64,000 nucleotides of DNA from Anthoceros angustus (taxonomy: Eukaryota > Plantae > Anthocerotophyta), in contig VJWM01000044.1 of assembly GCA_010909165.1 (NCBI GenBank), positions 806,001 to 870,000 of the forward strand, given 5' to 3'. The notes under the pieces were generated by a model that did not search any database, was not told the origin of the DNA, and saw nothing but the letters and a program-made list of their open reading frames with translations. The stretch's first letter is position 1. Every line of letters begins with the position of its first letter. Shown here piece by piece: positions 60,851 through 64,000 of the stretch. Made by a program: the position numbers and the translations under genes.

Positions 60851-63114
60851 TCATTGGGGAGGTTGAATGAACTCATGTTTAGAGGTCACTCCTTGAAGGG
60901 AGAATAATGATTGAATTTCAATTATACCCCTTGAATTCTCGTATATGTTACGTCCTTCTCATAGATAAATGGACATTACCCTTCCACCATTATTTTTTTA
61001 TATTTTAAAATATGCCTATATAGTATTGATCATTTTCTTAGTTGCAAGTTCAGAGTGATTATTCATTCTATTAAGCGATAATTAAAAGAAGAATTAGAAA
61101 CACATGACCATGACATAAGAATGGGATATGGATTTAAGAATCCTTATTATATCTTGCAAGCACGAGTGGAATTGAATAGACATGTCCGTACTCATGAATC
61201 CAAATTTGTAATAATTCTAACCTAAACATACGAACCACATACTTCCATAATCCTAGGGTTTCATACCGTATTTCTTTAAGTTGTGGAGATATAAAATGGG
61301 TGCCAATTTTGATATGTGGTCCAACAGGAATTGCGCCACATACTCTACACCATAATTGGTAAACTAGATGTGAAGAAGGGTGACAAATCTTTTCTAAGTA
61401 CCGTAGAAGCCGCCGATTTTTGACAACCTAATGTGCAATAATTGTTTTTTTGAAAAACAATTTGAGCTTGTATGAGTTTATATTTTAGTTTTCAAAAGAT
61501 ATATAATAATTTTATATTTTGATAGTTTATTAAATACATAGGATAATGTACCTTTCTATATGATTTTACACTACCTACAGCAACTGCTGTGTGTGTTGCG
61601 AATCTCTGCGCTCCGACAACATGGATCCCTCGGAGGATTGTTGGTGTGCAGCTGGGAGATTGGATCGCCGAGGAGGTGTGTGCTCCCAAGGCTCGAGGGA
61701 TGTTGTTGCTACTATTTCATCTTATGGCACCTACCCCACTCTAGCAGCCCTTTCTACAGCGAAGCCTGCAAATCTTTGCAGCAACAACAGCCGCTGTTGC
61801 GGCAGTGATTGCAGAGCAGCGCATTGGCTGCAGCAGTGCCTGCATAATAGAGCATTGGCCGCAACAGTGCCTACATAGTAGAGCATTGGTTGCAACAACA
61901 GGCCACGCCGAGCAAAGCATTGGCTGCAATCACTGGCCCTAAACCCTAAACCTACAGGAATCTTTAGTGTGTATCTTTGCTTTGGTTGCAGAGCATTGGC
62001 AACATTGGTTGCAGCAGCCCATGCTTTGCATCCACCGCCGCGGAAGCCAATGCTCTGCAAGTTGCCAAGAAGATTTTGGTCAAAGCTTAGGAAAGGCAAA
62101 CGTTTGCTGACATGTGCAAGAAAGGGCAGAGTTTCAAGTACGTGAGTGTAGGTGAAATTGAATGCTTTATAGCACAGCTGCTGCTGCTAGACCATTGGCA
62201 ATAGCTCCTTGTGCGCTGCAAATTTCTATGCAACGCTGCAGCTGCACAGTGATGGGACCCTTGAATCCAATGTCGGTGTGTGACCGAGAGATTGGATCCC
62301 GGCGGAGGTGTGCCTTCTCCCCCTCCTCGCGCCGAGGTGTGCACTCTCCAGCTCCTCGCGACCGAGGAGTGTGCAGACCAGCATATTTTCATAACTTACC
62401 CTTTTGCATTTTTTAGTTTTTGGCGACTCATTTTAATATTTTTTTAAAATTTTAGTAATTACTATAATTAATTAACTTTTATCAAAAACCTTGGCTCCTA
62501 CGATATTGTTGAAGACTCCTAAACATGAAGAAGAAGAACAAAATGTTCTAAGGTCCACTTAAAAAACAGATAACAGTCATAGGACCAAAATATGACTACA
62601 AAATTGTGAATAGAATGTCTGCAATAGTCTTAAACTAAAACTCAAACAAGAGAAAAAATCAACTAATTAATTAATACTTTCAAGGAAATATCATAAACGG
62701 GGAGTAAACTCCATCAATTGATCTCCACTAAAAAAAACCATTGCTATTTTTTTAATGATAGGTTGTCTTGCGGAGTTGGAATAGTATTCTGCTTCCTCTT
62801 TATCATAGAGAATATCAATTTCAACTTGGGAGCTACTATTTTTCAAGTTGATTTCAATCTAACACTTCAATGTTCAACATGGAAATTATGTGCATTGCTT
62901 TGTTACCTGTCATCTGAAAAGGTGTAAACCCTGTAGAGGTATGTACCAAATTAGTCCAACTGACTTAAATTATCGTGGAACTATATCCGAAATTAGTATA
63001 ACTGACTTAAGTCTATGTACAAAATTAGTATAACTGACTTAACTTATCTTCTTATTGACATCTCCAATATCGCTGGTCCATTTGTGCATATCATAGTTGA
63101 TATATCCATTTGAC

Positions 63115-63140
63115 AATAATAATAATAATAATAATAATAA
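63115..63140. repeat. (AAT)n microsatellite
   Basis: Directly visible. Confidence 0.9.
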
Positions 63141-63558
63141 ATTTTATGTAAAAATAGGAATATTATCTCGATCCATACCAAAAGTCTCAAAAATTATATA
63201 ATTAAAAATTACGAGTGTAATTACATATTAAAAAAATTAATTCAAAATTAATCTTATTTTACCCAAAAACTTGCAAAAATAAATCTAGTAGGCAATGAGT
63301 TGCCTAGTAGTTATTTCAACTAGGGGGTGTCTTCGAATTTGTTCATCCTTTCTATTGATCCACCGATGTCAAGGTGATATGTGGTGCTCAAACACAATTG
63401 CACTCCTAAGCTTCTCTAACATGCCAAACTTTTGTAGGGAACTTGTGGACTTGTGTCTCTCAATTTGCTTTGGCAGTCCATGAACACCTAAGATGTAGCA
63501 TACGCCATGCGGTACCATCTCCTGTTGAAGGATAACACCATCATTCGTTACTTGATCA

Positions 63559-63710
63559 ACACATAAAGGTGCTTCTATTGGCAATGGACGTTCATTTTGC
63601 AACGCGGCAAGCAGGCAGTGCAGTCTTTGGTTGCCGACATGGTTCCTCTCGATCATTCGCGATTCTGGGTGCAGAGAAGAGAAACCAATTGAACGCAATG
63701 CACATGAAGT
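63559..63710 (+). pseudogene. Degenerate duplicate of a BTAF1 exon segment (homologous to ~51623-51780)
   Basis: aaaggtgcttctattggcaatggacgttcat...aagcaggcagtgcagtctttggttgccgacatggttcct...gagaaaccaattgaacgcaa versus BTAF1 aaaggtgcctctaccggcaatggtgacgttcat...aagcaggaagtgcagtcgttggttgccaacgtggttcct...gagaaaccaattgaagcgcaa. Confidence 0.85.
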
Positions 63711-64000
63711 TGCTGCAATACGGACACTAGTCACAGGCCGTATCACGTGCAAGCTCCTCAGGCATAGGACGTCTATTACAGTTCGTATGTGGGTACATAT
63801 AGGAGCGGGCATCCTCGGTCAAGAAAGGTGCCCGCGGCCAAGATTATTCTGTTTCTTGGCACGCTAGATTAGTCTAACCTATGGTCTAAGGTGGTTAGTA
63901 CGCTAGATTAGTCTAGCCTATGGTCTAAGGTGGTTAGTTCCGGGGTTAGGGTTGGAATATTACTATTATCCCAGTTTACTTATTTATCGTCTTAATTACC
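63711..64000 (-). mobile_element. LTR of the same Gypsy family as 31127-31421 (runs off the window)
   Basis: Shares gggtacatataggagcgggcatcctc...aagaaaggtgcccgc...ctagattagtctaacctatgg...taattacc with 31127-31360. Confidence 0.8.

Noticed and set aside
61590-62400. GCAGAGCATTGG-type short repeats and Cys-rich ORFs
   Set aside because: Degenerate low-complexity repeats; no element boundaries or coding signal could be supported.

Overview
Eukaryotic land-plant nuclear DNA. Short GT-AG introns, an ALDH21-type domain and a TORNADO1-like ROCO relic point to a seed-free plant such as a lycophyte or bryophyte (inference). Host genes: AP-1 gamma adaptin (+), an NPF/PTR transporter (+), UVH3/XPG (-) head-to-head with BTAF1/MOT1 (+), and a ~29-exon gene (-, 15160-22408). 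That last gene fuses a bacterial-type ThDP enzyme (PRK08322 'acetolactate synthase'-like, the family that includes cyanobacterial 2-oxoglutarate decarboxylase) in frame to an ALDH21-type aldehyde dehydrogenase whose catalytic Cys is replaced by Tyr. Mobile and repeat DNA: a full Copia element (both LTRs, PBS, PPT, CTCTC TSD), a truncated Gypsy element, a CACTA-like end and a CRE/RLE LINE fragment. There is also a ~3.2-kb TIR element carrying a prokaryote-type beta-class N4C/N6A DNA methyltransferase ORF, inserted in an array of 91-nt tRNA-Asp-derived cloverleaf genes with an expanded anticodon arm. Several microhomology-joined tandem duplications and two extreme-GC tracts may be assembly artefacts. 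Exon boundaries were read by eye and family assignments come from recalled motifs, not database searches.
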